A stretch of 64,000 nt of DNA. It comes from Mytilus californianus. Its lineage: Eukaryota. The notes under the pieces were generated by a model, which saw only the letters and a list, made by a program, of their open reading frames with translations, ran no database searches and was not told the DNA's origin. The position numbers and the translations under genes were made by a program. Each line of letters opens with the position of its first letter. Position 1 is the first letter of the stretch. The DNA is taken from positions 45,694,001 through 45,758,000 of the forward strand of contig NW_026262745.1 in assembly GCF_021869535.1 (NCBI RefSeq), read 5' to 3'. This document shows, piece after piece, positions 37,801 through 49,160 of the stretch.

Positions 37801-40800
37801 AAAGTAGTAGTGGCAGCTTCGGTTGTTGTAGGTTCCACAGTTGTAGTGATAGCTTCTGTTGTTGTAGATTCAACAGTTGTAGTTATATCTTCAGTTGTTG
37901 TAAGTTCTACAGTAGTAGTGGCAGCTTCGTTTGTTGTAGGTTCTACAGTTGAAGTGATAGCTTCCGTTGTTGTAGGTTCTACAGTTGAAGTTATATCTTC
38001 AGTTGTTGTAAGTTCTACAGTAGTAGTGGCAGCTTCGGATGTTGTAAGTTCTACAGTTGTAGTGATGGCTTCCGTTGTTGTATGTACTGAAGTTGTAGTG
38101 ATACCTTCTGTTGTTGTAGATTCAACAGTTGTAGTGACAGCTGCTGTTGTTGTAGGTTCTACAGTTGAAGTTATATCTCCAGTTGTTGTTAGTTCTAAAG
38201 TAGTAGTGGTAGCTTCGGTTGTTGTAGGTTCCACAGTTGTAGTGATAGCTTCTGTTGTTGTAGGTTCCTCAGGTGTAGTGATAGCTTCCGTTGTTGTAGG
38301 TTCTACAGTTGAAGTAATATCTTCAGTTGTTGTAAGTTCTACAGTAGTAGTGGCAGCTTCGGTTGTTGTAGGTTCCACAGTTGTAGTGATAGCTTCTGTT
38401 GTTGTAGGTTCTACAGTTGAAGTTATATCTTCAGTTGTTGTAAGTTCTACAGTAGTAGTGGCAGCTTCCGTTGTTGTTGGTTGTACAGTTGTAGTGATGG
38501 CTTCCGTTGTTGTATGTTCTAAAGTTGTAGTGATATCTTCTGTTGTTGTAGATTCAACAGTTGTAGTGACAGCTGCTGTTGTTGTCGGTTCTACAGCTGA
38601 AGTTATATCTTCAGTTGTTGTAAGTTCTAAAGTAGTAGTGGCAGTTTCGGTTGTTGTAGGTTCCAGAGTTGTAGTGATAGCTTCTTTTGTTGTAGGTTCT
38701 ACAGTTGTAGTGATAGCTTCTGTTGTTGTAGGTTCTACAGTTGAAGTTATATCTTCAGTTGTTGTAAGTTCTACAGTAGAAGTGGCAGCTTCGGTTGTTG
38801 TAGGTTCCACAGTTGTAGTGATAGCTTCTGTTGTTGTGGGTTCTACATTTGTAGTGATAGCTTCCGTTGTTGTAGGTTCTGCAGTTGTAGTGATGGCTTC
38901 TGTTGTTTTAGAGTCTACAGTTGTAGTGATAGCTTCTGATGTTGAATATTCCACAGTTGTAGTGATAGCTTCCGTTGTTGTAGGTTCTACAGTTGAAGTT
39001 ATATCTTCAGTTGTTGTAAGTTCTACAGTAGAAGTGGCAGCTTCGAAGGTTGTAGGTTCCACAGTTGTTGTAAGTTCTACAGTAGAAGTGGCAGCTTCGA
39101 AGGTTGTAGGTTCCACAGTTGTAGTGATAGCTTCTGTTGTTGTAGGTTCTACAGTTGTAGTGATAGCTTCTGTTGTTGTAGATTCTACAGTTGTAGTGAT
39201 AGCTTCTGATGTTGAAGATTCCACAGTTGTAGTGATAGCTTCTGATGTTGAAGGTTCCACAGTTGTAGTGATAACTTCTGATGTTGAAGGTTCCACAGTT
39301 GTAGTGATAGCTTTTGATGTTGAAGGTTCTACAGTTGTAGTGATAGCTTCCGTTGTTGTAGGTTCTACAGTTGTAGTGATGGCTTCTGTTGTTGTAGATT
39401 CTACAGTTGTAGTGATAGCTTCTGTTGTTGTAGGTTCTACAGTTGTAGTGATAGCTTCCGTTGTTGTAGGTTCTACAGTTGTAGTGATGGCTTCTGTTGT
39501 AGTAGATTCCACAGTTGTAGTGATAGCTTCTGATGTTGAAGATTCCACAGTTGTAGTGATAGCTTCTGATGTTGAAGGTTCCACAGTTGTAGTAATAGCT
39601 TCCGTTGTTGTAGGTTCTACAGTTGAAGTCATATCTTCAGTTGTTGTAAGTTCTACAGTAGAAGTGGCAGCTTCGGTTGTTGTAGGTTCCACAGTTGTAG
39701 TGATAGCTTCTGTTGTTGTAGGTTCTACAGTTGTAGTGATAGCTTCCGTTGTTGTAGGTTCTACAGTTGTAGTGATGGCTTCTGTTGTTTTAGATTCTAC
39801 AGTTGTAGTGATAGCTTCTGATGTTGAAGATTCCACAGTTGTAGTGATAGCTTCCGTTGTTGTAGGTTCTACAGTTGAAGTTATATCTTCAGTTGTTGTA
39901 AGTTCTACAGTAGAAGTGGCAGCTTCGGTTGTTTTAGGTTCCACAGTTGTAGTGATAGCTTCTGTTGTTGTAGGTTCTACAGTTGTAGTGGTAGCTTCCG
40001 TTGTTGTAGGTTCTACAGTTGTAGTGATGGCTTCTGTTGTTGTAGATTCTACAGTTGTAGTGATAGCTTCTGATGTTGAAGATTCCACAGTTGTAGTGAT
40101 AGCTTCTGATGTTGAAGGTTCCACAGTTGTAGTGATAGCTTCTGATGTTGAAGGTTCCACAGTTGTAGTGATAGCTTCTGATGTTGAAGGTTCTACAGTT
40201 GTAGTGATAGCTTCCGTTGTTGTAGGTTCTACAGTTGTAGTGATGGCTTCTGTAGTTGTAGATTCTACAGTTGTAGTGATAGCTTCTGTTGTTGTAGGTT
40301 CTACAGTTGTAGTGATAGCTTCCGTTGTTGTAGGTTCTACAGTTGTAGTGATGGCTTCTGTTGTAGTAGATTCCACAGTTGTAGTGATAGCTTCTGATGT
40401 TGAAGATTCCACAGTTGTAGTGATAGCTTCTGATGTTGAAGGTTCCACAGTTGAAGTGATAGCTTCTGATGTTGAAGATTCCACAGTTGTAGTGATAGCT
40501 TCTGATGTTGAAGGTTCCACAGTTGTAGTGATTGATTCCGTTGTTGAAGGTTTTACAGTTGTATTTATACCTTCTGTTGTTGTAGGTTCTACAGTTGTAG
40601 TCAAAGCTTCTGTTGATGTAGGTTCCACAGTTGTAGTGATAGATTCTGTTGTTGAAGATTCCACAGTTGTAGTGATAGCTTCTGATGTTGAAGGTTCCAC
40701 AGTTGTAGTGATAGCTTCTGATGTTGAAGGTTCCACAGTTGTAGTGATAGCTTCCGTTGTTGTAGGTTCTACAGTTGAAGTTATATCTTCAGTTGTTGTA

Positions 40801-42532
40801 AGTTCATCAGTAGAAGTGGCAGCTTCGGTTGTTGTAGGTTCCACAGTTGTGGTGATAGCTTCTGTTGTTGTAGGTTCTACAGTTGTAGTGATAGATTCCG
40901 TTGTTGTAGGTTCTACAGTTGTAGTGATGGCTTCTGTTGTTTTAGATTCTACAGTTGTAGTGATAGCTTCTGATGTTGAAGATTCCATAGTTGTAGTGAT
41001 AGCTTCCGTTGTTGTAGGTTCTACAGTTGAAGTTATATCTTCAGTTGTTGTAAGTTCTACAGTAGAAGTGGCAGCTTCGGTTGTTGTAGGTTCCACAGTT
41101 GTAGTGATAGCTTCTGTTGTTGTAGGTTCTACAGTTGTAGTGATAGCTTCCGTTGTTGTAGGTTCTACAGTTGTAGTGATGGCTTCTGTTGTTGTAGATT
41201 CTACAGTTGTAGTGATAGCTTCTGATGTTGAAGATTCCACAGTTGTAGTGATAGCTTCTGATGTTGAAGGTTCCGAAGTTGTAGTGATAGCTTCTGATGT
41301 TGAAGGTTCCACAGTTGTAGTGATAGCTTCTGATGTTGAAGGTTCCACAGTTGTAGTGATTGATTCCGTTGTTGTAGGTTTTACAGTTGTAGTTATACCT
41401 TCTGTTGTTGTAGGTTCTACAGTTGTAGTCAGAGCTTCTGTTGATGTAGGTTCCACAGTTGTAGTGATAGATTCTGGTGTTGTAAAATCTACAGTTGTAG
41501 TGATAGATTCTGTTGTTGTAAAATCTACAGTTGAAGTTATATCTTCTGTTGTTGTAATTTCTACAGTTGAAGTAGAAGCTTCTGTTGTTGTATATTCAAC
41601 TGTTGTAGTGATAGCTTCTGTTGTTGCAGGTTCAAGAGTTGTAGTGAAGACATCTGTTGATGTATTTTCAACAGTTGAAGTGATGGCATCTGTTGTTGTA
41701 GGTTCTACAGTTGTTGTGATAGCTTCTGTTGTTCTAGGTTTCACAGTTGTAGTGATAGCCTCTGTTGTTGTAAATTCAACAGTTGTAGTGGTATCTTCCG
41801 TTGTTGTAGTTTCTACCGTTTTAGATGTTTCTTGTGTTGTTGTAGGTTCAACATTTGTAATGATAGCTTCCGTTGTTGTTAGTTCCACAGTAGTAGTGGC
41901 AGCATTTGTTGTAGGTTCGACAGTTGAAGTGATAGTCTCTGTTGTTGTAGGTTCAGCAGTTGTTATGGTATCTTCCGTTGTTGTAGGTTCTACAGTTGTA
42001 ATGATAACTTCAGTTGTTGTAGGTTCAACAGTTGTAGTGATGGTATCTGTTGTTGTAGGTGGTTCTACAGTTGTAGTTCTATCTTCTGTAGTTGAAGGTT
42101 CTACAGTTGTAACGGTAACTTCAGTTGTTGTTGGTTCAACAGTTGTAATGATAGCTTCCGTTTTAAGTTGAATAGTAGTAGTGGCAGCTTCTATTGTTGT
42201 TGTTTCCACAGTTGTAGTGATAGCTTCTGTTGTTGTATGTTCAACAGTTTTAGTGGTATCTTCTGTTGTTGTAGGTTCTACAGTGGTAGTGATAACTTCC
42301 GATATTGTAGGTTCAACAGTTGTAGTGTTAGCTTCTACTGTTGTGGGTTCAACAGTTGTAGAGATGGCATCCGTTGTAGTAGGTTCTACAGTTGTAGTGT
42401 TATAATTTGTTATTGTAGGTTCCACAGTTGTAGTGATAGCTTCCGTTGTTGTAGTTGTAGTTTCTGTTGTATTTTCCGTAGATACACTACATGAAATCGA
42501 TAGGATCAGTATGAGCCTTGTCCATAGAGTAT
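25895..42532 (-). CDS. Giant mucin gene, 16,638-bp exon: end of signal peptide plus ~460 x 12-aa VEPTTTEAITTT repeats
   Basis: The stop-free frame (ORF track 25878-42425) extends to acceptor cttcctttcag|42532 with TLWTRLILILSISCSVST. Donor TTC G|gtaaac at 25894. Length is divisible by 3, phase 1-1. 36-bp unit tgttgttgtaggttctacagttgtagtgatagcttc. Confidence 0.93.
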
Positions 42533-43462
42533 CTGAAAGGAAGCAGTAGATAAAGTGTTACTTGAACATTAGTGGTGTGTAACGAACGAATGTCATTTAA
42601 TATTTTGTTTAAAAATCAATGATATCATTTTAATTTTATGATCGAAAAACTTCTTGTGTTAGTTTTATTGTATCACATTAGATTTTGGTTATCTATATAA
42701 TGGCAGACAGGACATTATGATATATTTAAAATGAAAATGTAGTCAGTAGACAATATATTTATAATATTGTTGTGGGTGCAGAGTTATCTTTCTTAGATTT
42801 GTAAATAAGTCAGCGTCGTCAGCGACCATTCAACTTGTGTGGGTGGGGTTCTCAGCACAGACTGTTGTATCCAATTCTAATCAAATACAAACTATTTTTT
42901 CAATAACAAAAAGTAACAAGATATTATTCATTTAGAAAATCAATTTTCTTCTTTTTAATTTATTAATTTTCAAAAGAAACAAACTATTGTTTCAATACTT
43001 CCATTAGAGGTTATTTTTTCCCAAGAAATTAAGTATCAATCAAATCATTTACAAATAACATGACCCCCCCCCCCCCTCCCCTTCACCGAAACAAAATAAA
43101 AAAACTGAATGGTCGCGGTGCCTAAAATCAATGATGTGATGTGCTTCATCGTGTTGCATTGTCAGGTGAAACGCCTGATATGGTATAATTTATAAATTTA
43201 TCTTTGATTTTTGAATGGTATACATCAATTAGTGGTGGATCCAGGTGGGGGTGTTTTGTGTAGGGACATATGGTTGGAACGCCCCCCCCTTTTCTATATG
43301 ACTTGCATGTGCTGGAATCCCCTTTTTTTTTAAAGAATGGCTGGAATTAGACAGCCACCCCAAAACATAATGAAACTACAAAATGACATCTTAAAGTCAT
43401 AATAGAAAGGAGACAACAGCAGGTTAACAATAACGATTTGACAGATATTATTCTGACTACTT

Positions 43463-43652
43463 AGATATAAGAAGATGTGGTATGAGTGCCAATGAGACAA
43501 CTCTCCATCCAAGTCACAATTTGTAAAAGTAAACCATTATAGGTCAAAGTACGGCCTTCAACACGGAGCATTGGCTCACACCGAACAGCAAGCTATAAAG
43601 GGCCCCAAAAATGACCAACGGTCTAATCTATATAAAAAACGAGAAACGAGAA
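43463..43652 (-). mobile_element. SINE 3' portion, young copy, abutting the mucin start-exon donor
   Basis: Same family as 18863-19075, with an internal ~35-bp deletion. Confidence 0.75.
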
Positions 43653-43667
43653 CTTACAATGTTTTAC

Positions 43668-43683
43668 CCAATGTGTTCGACAT
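43668..43683 (-). CDS. Giant mucin gene, probable start exon (MSNTL+D)
   Basis: cagcATG TCG AAC ACA TTG G|gtaaaa, phase 1, gives MSNTLDTLWTRLILILSISCSVST, a plausible signal peptide. Upstream acceptor aatttacag|43719. Alternative ATG 43715 with donor 43657 is also in frame. Confidence 0.55.
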
Positions 43684-43857
43684 GCTGGATGGAATCTAAG
43701 AAACGTCTTCGCCATTCATCTGTAAATTACTGAAAGTAAAGTAATGTTAATTAATTAATTAAAAGAATGACAAATTGAATGAACATAAATAAAGAGATTT
43801 GCGGGGTACGAAATCACCAAGCGACACAGAAAACAGCCCCCGAATAAAAAAAACACC

Positions 43858-43897
43858 AAAACAAACAAACAAACAAACAAACAAACAAACAAACAAA
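43858..43897. repeat. (AAAC)n microsatellite
   Basis: Direct reading. Confidence 0.9.
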
Positions 43898-45639
43898 AAA
43901 CCAAGCAAACAACAAATAACCTTAACATACAAACAAACCAATTGCAAATAACAAAAATGCACAAAACATTAAAAAAAACCCAACAACAACAAACAGAAGA
44001 CCCTTAGTGTCCAAACAAAAGTATGTTATCAAGCTCATAATCGCCCAGAGTTGAGAAAAGTGGTGAATAATTTCAAAAGAGACCTACTATCAAAACGTAA
44101 TTTACTTCAAGACAAAACCCATTTAAGATAATAACAAAAGACAATAATTATGATGATCCCGAGTTTGGACTGGCAGATTTAATATATAAAATTAAGCATA
44201 ATAAAACAGGATGTTCGCTCCTCTGTTTCAAAATAACAAGCTTTTTAAAAGACTGTAACACATTGATAGTATATAAAATACGGAACTTAAAAAGCAGAAA
44301 AAATTAAAGGGCTGTGTCCTTGTTTTTGAGATATAACCAATTGAAAATTTGGCGGGAAATGAATCTCTCTAGATTTTACTTCATTTAACATTGGCACCTT
44401 TTTTCTTTCAAAAACTATGAAAATAAACCAAGGATTCTATAAAATTTTCAAAAATGGCGTTTTAAACAATATGTATTCACTTGTTTTCCAATCATAATAA
44501 AACTGTCATATTGTAATGTTTATGTTATTTTTTTCAAAATGAAATACTGTTTACACTAAATATATTAGGCCAAACAGAATGATTTTAATGAATAATTCGT
44601 AAACTTGTCGTAATAAATGCTGTGACTGTGAAAAGCTGGGAATAAAATATTATTTTTTTTTAAATTTCTGTGGCTTTTATATGTGATGAAATTTAGATTT
44701 TTTTTAACCCTATAATATAACGATAACCCTTGATGAAGAGCAACATGGGTTGAAGTATGACTGACTCACTTTTCTTTTCTTTATCATTCATTAGAGTGTA
44801 AGAAGTTGCATGGTAGCTTAGAGAAGAAAAGTTTTAAGAAGTTTTGAATAACATGGCCATTTTGCAGCGAACATAATTTATCATACAGAAATTATTAATA
44901 AGATGTGGATTATGAGACAGCAACCTAAGTATGAAATAGTAAAAATAAACAACAATTCATCCGATAAGTGTTAATACAAATGTGAAACTTTACATCGCCA
45001 CTAGCCTCGAGTTGTTTCCCTTTGTTACTTGATATCAGTCGAAAATTATTAAGTTTATTAAAAAAAATTCCCCGTTAATACATTAATTTGATACCCTAGA
45101 AATTTTAGTGCTAGATTCTTGAAAACACTATTCGATTTTAAATTTAATTAACGAAATTGTCTCGACTTTTCTAAACAACAATATAACAACTTCAGTTTCG
45201 TTAGGGTGATGCTACAATTTTTTGTTAAGGACTATCTAGTCTCAAATTTCAAGAGATCCATCAGAAAAGTGAATGGTAAGCTAATTCAAATATATATACC
45301 TATCTCCAAGAACAGATGATATATGGTGACACTGGATAGAAATTGTAGGTAATATTTTTGACCCATAATTGCTTTTATATTTAAAATGTTCTTTATATTA
45401 TGTATATTTGATGCCGTGTTACTCCTCTTTTCCGACGGGTGCTACATGCGACACAGGAACTGCTTATCCTTTAGGAGCACCTAAGTTCAGCCCCAGTTTT
45501 AATGGGGTTCGTGTTTTGAATGTCCCCTTGGTATCTTCAATTTTCTATGTGTCAACTTGTCATAGTTATTTGGCTTTTCCCGTTACTGTCTATTTTATAT
45601 TGCATGAATGGTCTTACAATAGGATTGAGTTATAAAAAT

Positions 45640-45765
45640 AAGAAATATAATATGATTGCCAATGAAACAACTATTCACAAGAGACCAGAGGGCAAGGATT
45701 GAAACAACTATAGGTCACTGTACGGCCTTTAACAATGAGCAAAACACATATCGTATAGTAAGCTA
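45640..45765 (-). mobile_element. Older diverged SINE tail copy
   Basis: ataagaaatataatatgattgccaatgaaacaactattcacaagagacc...ctataggtcactgtacggcctttaacaatgagc. Confidence 0.55.
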
Positions 45766-45772
45766 ACGTCAC

Positions 45773-46370
45773 AGTACCCAAATTGCACCTATTCAACAAA
45801 AATAGCTGAGGAAATCTTACAAGTTTTTTTGAGACTAAACAATTTGTATTTTTAAGATTTGACATTATACACTTCTTTCAACATAGGTGAATGTATTTAA
45901 ATATACACTAAACGTTTACAGTATATATCAACAGATGAAGCATTCACTGGAAAAAGTTAAACTGCGGAAACGTCACGATGCGACGTTCTCAAAAAGTCAT
46001 CTTTTAAAAATGAGCAAATAAAATAGGTTACAAGCATCCATTTCTTAAAAAATGAATAGTAAGCATAGACTAATGTCAAATTGTTCTAAATATTTGAAGA
46101 AATAAAACAAAACATCTGTTATTCGATTTTTAAGGATGTGAATTTAAGCATGGATGCAATTTGGGTACTCTTTATTACAGAATCATGGATAGTTTGGAGA
46201 TCGGTTCAAACCCATTTAACTATGATTCAATATGGATTCAAAATTAAACTGGTGGAATTAAATAGTAAATAAGAATACATCTACAAAATAAACCCATAAT
46301 GGAAACTTTTGTCTGGATCATAAAAAAAAAAGGTGAAAAAAACTGTCAAAATAGGTGCAATTTGGGTACT
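45773..46370. mobile_element. MITE with perfect 21-bp TIR AGTACCCAAATTGCACCTATT and a duplicated right end
   Basis: 45773-45793 and 46350-46370 are exact reverse complements. A further right-end copy tgcaatttgggtactc lies at 46156-46170. Confidence 0.7.
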
Positions 46371-46442
46371 CTCATGTTATATACAAAAGGTTCCGGAATG
46401 ACAAAAAGAGAAACAATTCATAAGAGAAAACAAACGATCGGA

Positions 46443-46810
46443 TCTTTTGAAGACGAAACGCGTGTCTGGCGTACAAAATTTCAAGCCTGGCATCTATGAT
46501 GGGTTTATTTGAAACCATTGGGTAGTTGCCACTACTGGTGGAGGTTTCATCTCTGAGGGTATCACCAGCCTAGTAGTCAGCACTTATGTTTTGAATTTTT
46601 CTAAATAATAAGGATTTTCTTCCCCGGGAATAGATTCCCTTATCTGTATTTGACCAAACCTTTCGGAATTTTGGGTCCTCAATGCTCTTCAACTTCGTAC
46701 TTTATTTGGCCTTTTAAACTTTTTGATGCGAGCGTCACTGGTGAGTCTTTTGAAGACCGGCAAAACGCGCGTCTAGTGTACAAAATGTTAAGCTTGGTAT
46801 CTATGATGAG
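46443..46810 (+). mobile_element. Retrozyme/Penelope-like non-autonomous unit bounded by two degenerate type I hammerhead ribozymes
   Basis: Direct repeat tcttttgaagac...aaacgcg(c/t)gtct..gtacaaaat..aagc.tgg.atctatgatg.gtttat at 46443 and 46746 (303 bp apart). Hammerhead elements are present in both copies. Confidence 0.7.
46732..46778 (+). ncRNA. Degenerate type I hammerhead ribozyme
   Basis: gcgtca CTGgTGA gtctt-ttg-aagac (cggc)aAAA cgcgcg TC tagtg. Core CUGAUGA is mutated to CUGGUGA and GAAA is disrupted, so it is likely inactive. Confidence 0.6.
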
Positions 46811-47260
46811 TTTATCTATAAATAAATATGCTAAAATCAAAAACCGAAAAACAATTCTAATGCAATTTTTATGTAACATGTCTTTTTCATTGGCATTGCT
46901 AAAAGTTACCATCAAATACACAGTTGACATGTTATAACTAAGGAGTGACCCGCCATTTTGAAATGCTTGGATCAACAAATGTTCGATAAATACAATATTA
47001 TCGAAAATAATACAGCACCTACCTCAAAAACGCCATTTTGGTGAAATTTTACCCAAAATTTGAATCGTAGAAGTAACGTAATATTTAACCTTCAGTGTGT
47101 AAGTGCTCTTTTGTATAACGTCACGTTTAGTCATGACGTCTATATGCGCCAAATTCATTCATGAAATTTCGCGGAATTTTATTTTATTTCAAATGTATGT
47201 ATACTTTTTTTTAAGCTCTAATGTATTAATTCTTTATGCAATGCCTTAGAATCGGAAAAA

Positions 47261-47387
47261 ACAGTACAGTAGTTGAAGAGTTGTCGCCGTCAATTTTGTT
47301 TTGACGGTCGCAAATATCCGTTTTACTGTCTCCGCTACGCGTCGTCAGTAAAACTTGACGGCGGCAACTCTTCAACAACAGTACTGT
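47261..47387. mobile_element. 127-bp MITE with ~30-bp TIRs
   Basis: acagtacagtagttgaagagttgtcgccgtcaa ... ttgacggcggcaactcttcaacaacagtactgt. Confidence 0.8.
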
Positions 47388-47399
47388 CATGTCTTAAAT

Positions 47400-47520
47400 G
47401 TTGCATAGAGCAACCAATGTCAACCACTGCATCACAGGCTCCTGACTTGGAACATGTACATTAAGAAAGTGGCGTGGATAAACATGTTTGTGAGCGATCA
47501 ATCCTCCCAAAACATGGGGG
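47400..47520 (-). mobile_element. MetaSINE-like central block fragment
   Basis: Reverse complement aaacatgtttatccacgccactttc...ccaagtcaggagcctgtgatgcagtggttg matches 52560-52630. Confidence 0.55.
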
Positions 47521-47551
47521 AGTTACACAGTGGTGTAACCGCTATCAGCAC

Positions 47552-47552
<1 letters not shown>

Positions 47553-47581
<29 letters not shown>
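47553..47581. repeat. (CA)n microsatellite
   Basis: Direct reading. Confidence 0.95.
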
Positions 47582-47585
<4 letters not shown>

Positions 47586-48944
47586 ACTACACACAAAAAA
47601 AAAAACTAAAAGTCAATTGGAAAAAACTTGACGCATCAGATCAGCGTGAAGCACAGCAAAAAAAAAAACGAATAACAAAAAGCAAAAAGTACTGATCAAA
47701 GATTACTCGCAGTTACTGAAAGCTACTTCAAAGCCAATTTTAACTAATAAATAAACCAGGTTTTCCCACGTTTGCACAGGAAAGGAGTAATGCTAAAATC
47801 AACGGCTGCTACTAACTAAAACTCGTTCAGTTTTAACACTCCGTTTTACTTGAAAACTTCGGGATATGAATTCGTTCTCCTGCCAAGTTGTTTAATACAT
47901 ATCACATATAAAGGATATCACAAATAACCAAAAATATTCCCATTACAACAGACCACAGCAACCACCAACACCCGACTATTCAGTTAAGAAAACGGAAAAA
48001 TGCTTCGAACTGGCCAAATCCTAAATGTTTTGTGGAACAGCTGTTTCAAGCCAATACATGTCTGCTGGCTCAGCGGTGTTGAAGTGTTTTGACTTTTCGT
48101 TTCTTTTCATCCATTAGAAGGTAAACAGTTGAGCAATTGCAAAAATAACATCAACAAAGTTTTAAGCAGTTAACGCGATTAACAATGTATTACAAAAATG
48201 ATTTATCTTTCAGAAACTCGTATAAAAATTAAGGAGAACAATCATTATTAATATGAGGAGGTGTGATGTTATTAGACGACAACCCACCAAAAAAACCCTC
48301 TGAAATACTGAACATGCATATAATATAGAATATCTGTTCTCAGCGCGGGTCTACATTCATGAAAAATTTTCTCTGATGTACGTTGAGAATCATGCCATGT
48401 ATCTTCAGTTTCGTCTTCATCACGTTTTTATCTTTTGCTTTTTTTTGTATTTTTTATGTATGTGTATTCACCTATTTTCAGAGCCATAAATGATTGATAA
48501 AACATAATTCTCAAAACAAAATTTAAGAATAGAAACATTAAAAGTTTGGCTTCTAAAAATCAGTGTAGAAGATTTCGAAATCTTTGTCCAATAAATTTAT
48601 ATTAAAAACTAATTTATGTAAGTGCTCTGAATTCAAATCAATAAAAAATCATAAACCGAAAATGTATAGAGATACTTCAAAACACGAAATGAATTCTTGT
48701 GATTTCTGTAATGTTAACAACTACTCAATTCTAAAATATACAGATATATACATTAACATCAATAGAAAATCTAAATGTTTTAAATCTATACATCGTTTAA
48801 TTTTTTTTTTCTTCGCCTAAATATAAATTTTGATATTATTAATTCTACACATACACGTAAAAGAGAAAGATGTTCCCTCTAAATTCTAAAATATCAAAAG
48901 ATAATACAAAGTAAGTTTGCCAAAAATGAAAACAACAATTTATA

Positions 48945-49160
48945 AATTTCATGCGTCCGAAGCGCTTTTCTGGATTTACCCTCATCGAGAACGCTCAAAG
49001 TCGAATATTTGAAAGCCAAGGATGTATACAAGATCCGAAAGAGTTGAAGAGCTATATGACCAAAAAGAACATATAAAAAGCCAAATCCATCTATAAGGTC
49101 AACTTTGCCTGAGTGAATTGAAACCGTAGTTTCTTAATAATTTTAAAATTTATTAACGGA
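48945..49160 (-). mobile_element. Second retrozyme-like fragment ending in a near-intact type I hammerhead (48953-48996)
   Basis: Reverse complement: gcgttc TCGATGA g-gg-taaat-cc-a GAAA agcgctt C ggacgc. Helix I gcgttc/ggacgc pairs and helix III is palindromic. Upstream gctcttcaact...ttggc..tt.aaa..tt.ga..gagcgt resembles 46684-46736. Confidence 0.65.

Noticed and set aside
25906-42171. Three very long Val/Ser-rich + strand ORFs (1650, 1793, 1945 aa)
   Set aside because: They are antisense shadows of the Thr-rich repeat: ACN codons read as GTN/NGT on the other strand and rarely form stops. They are broken at 30858 and 36252 by single changes that are ordinary missense in the mucin frame, and only the minus frame has signal peptide, splice sites and a TM exon.
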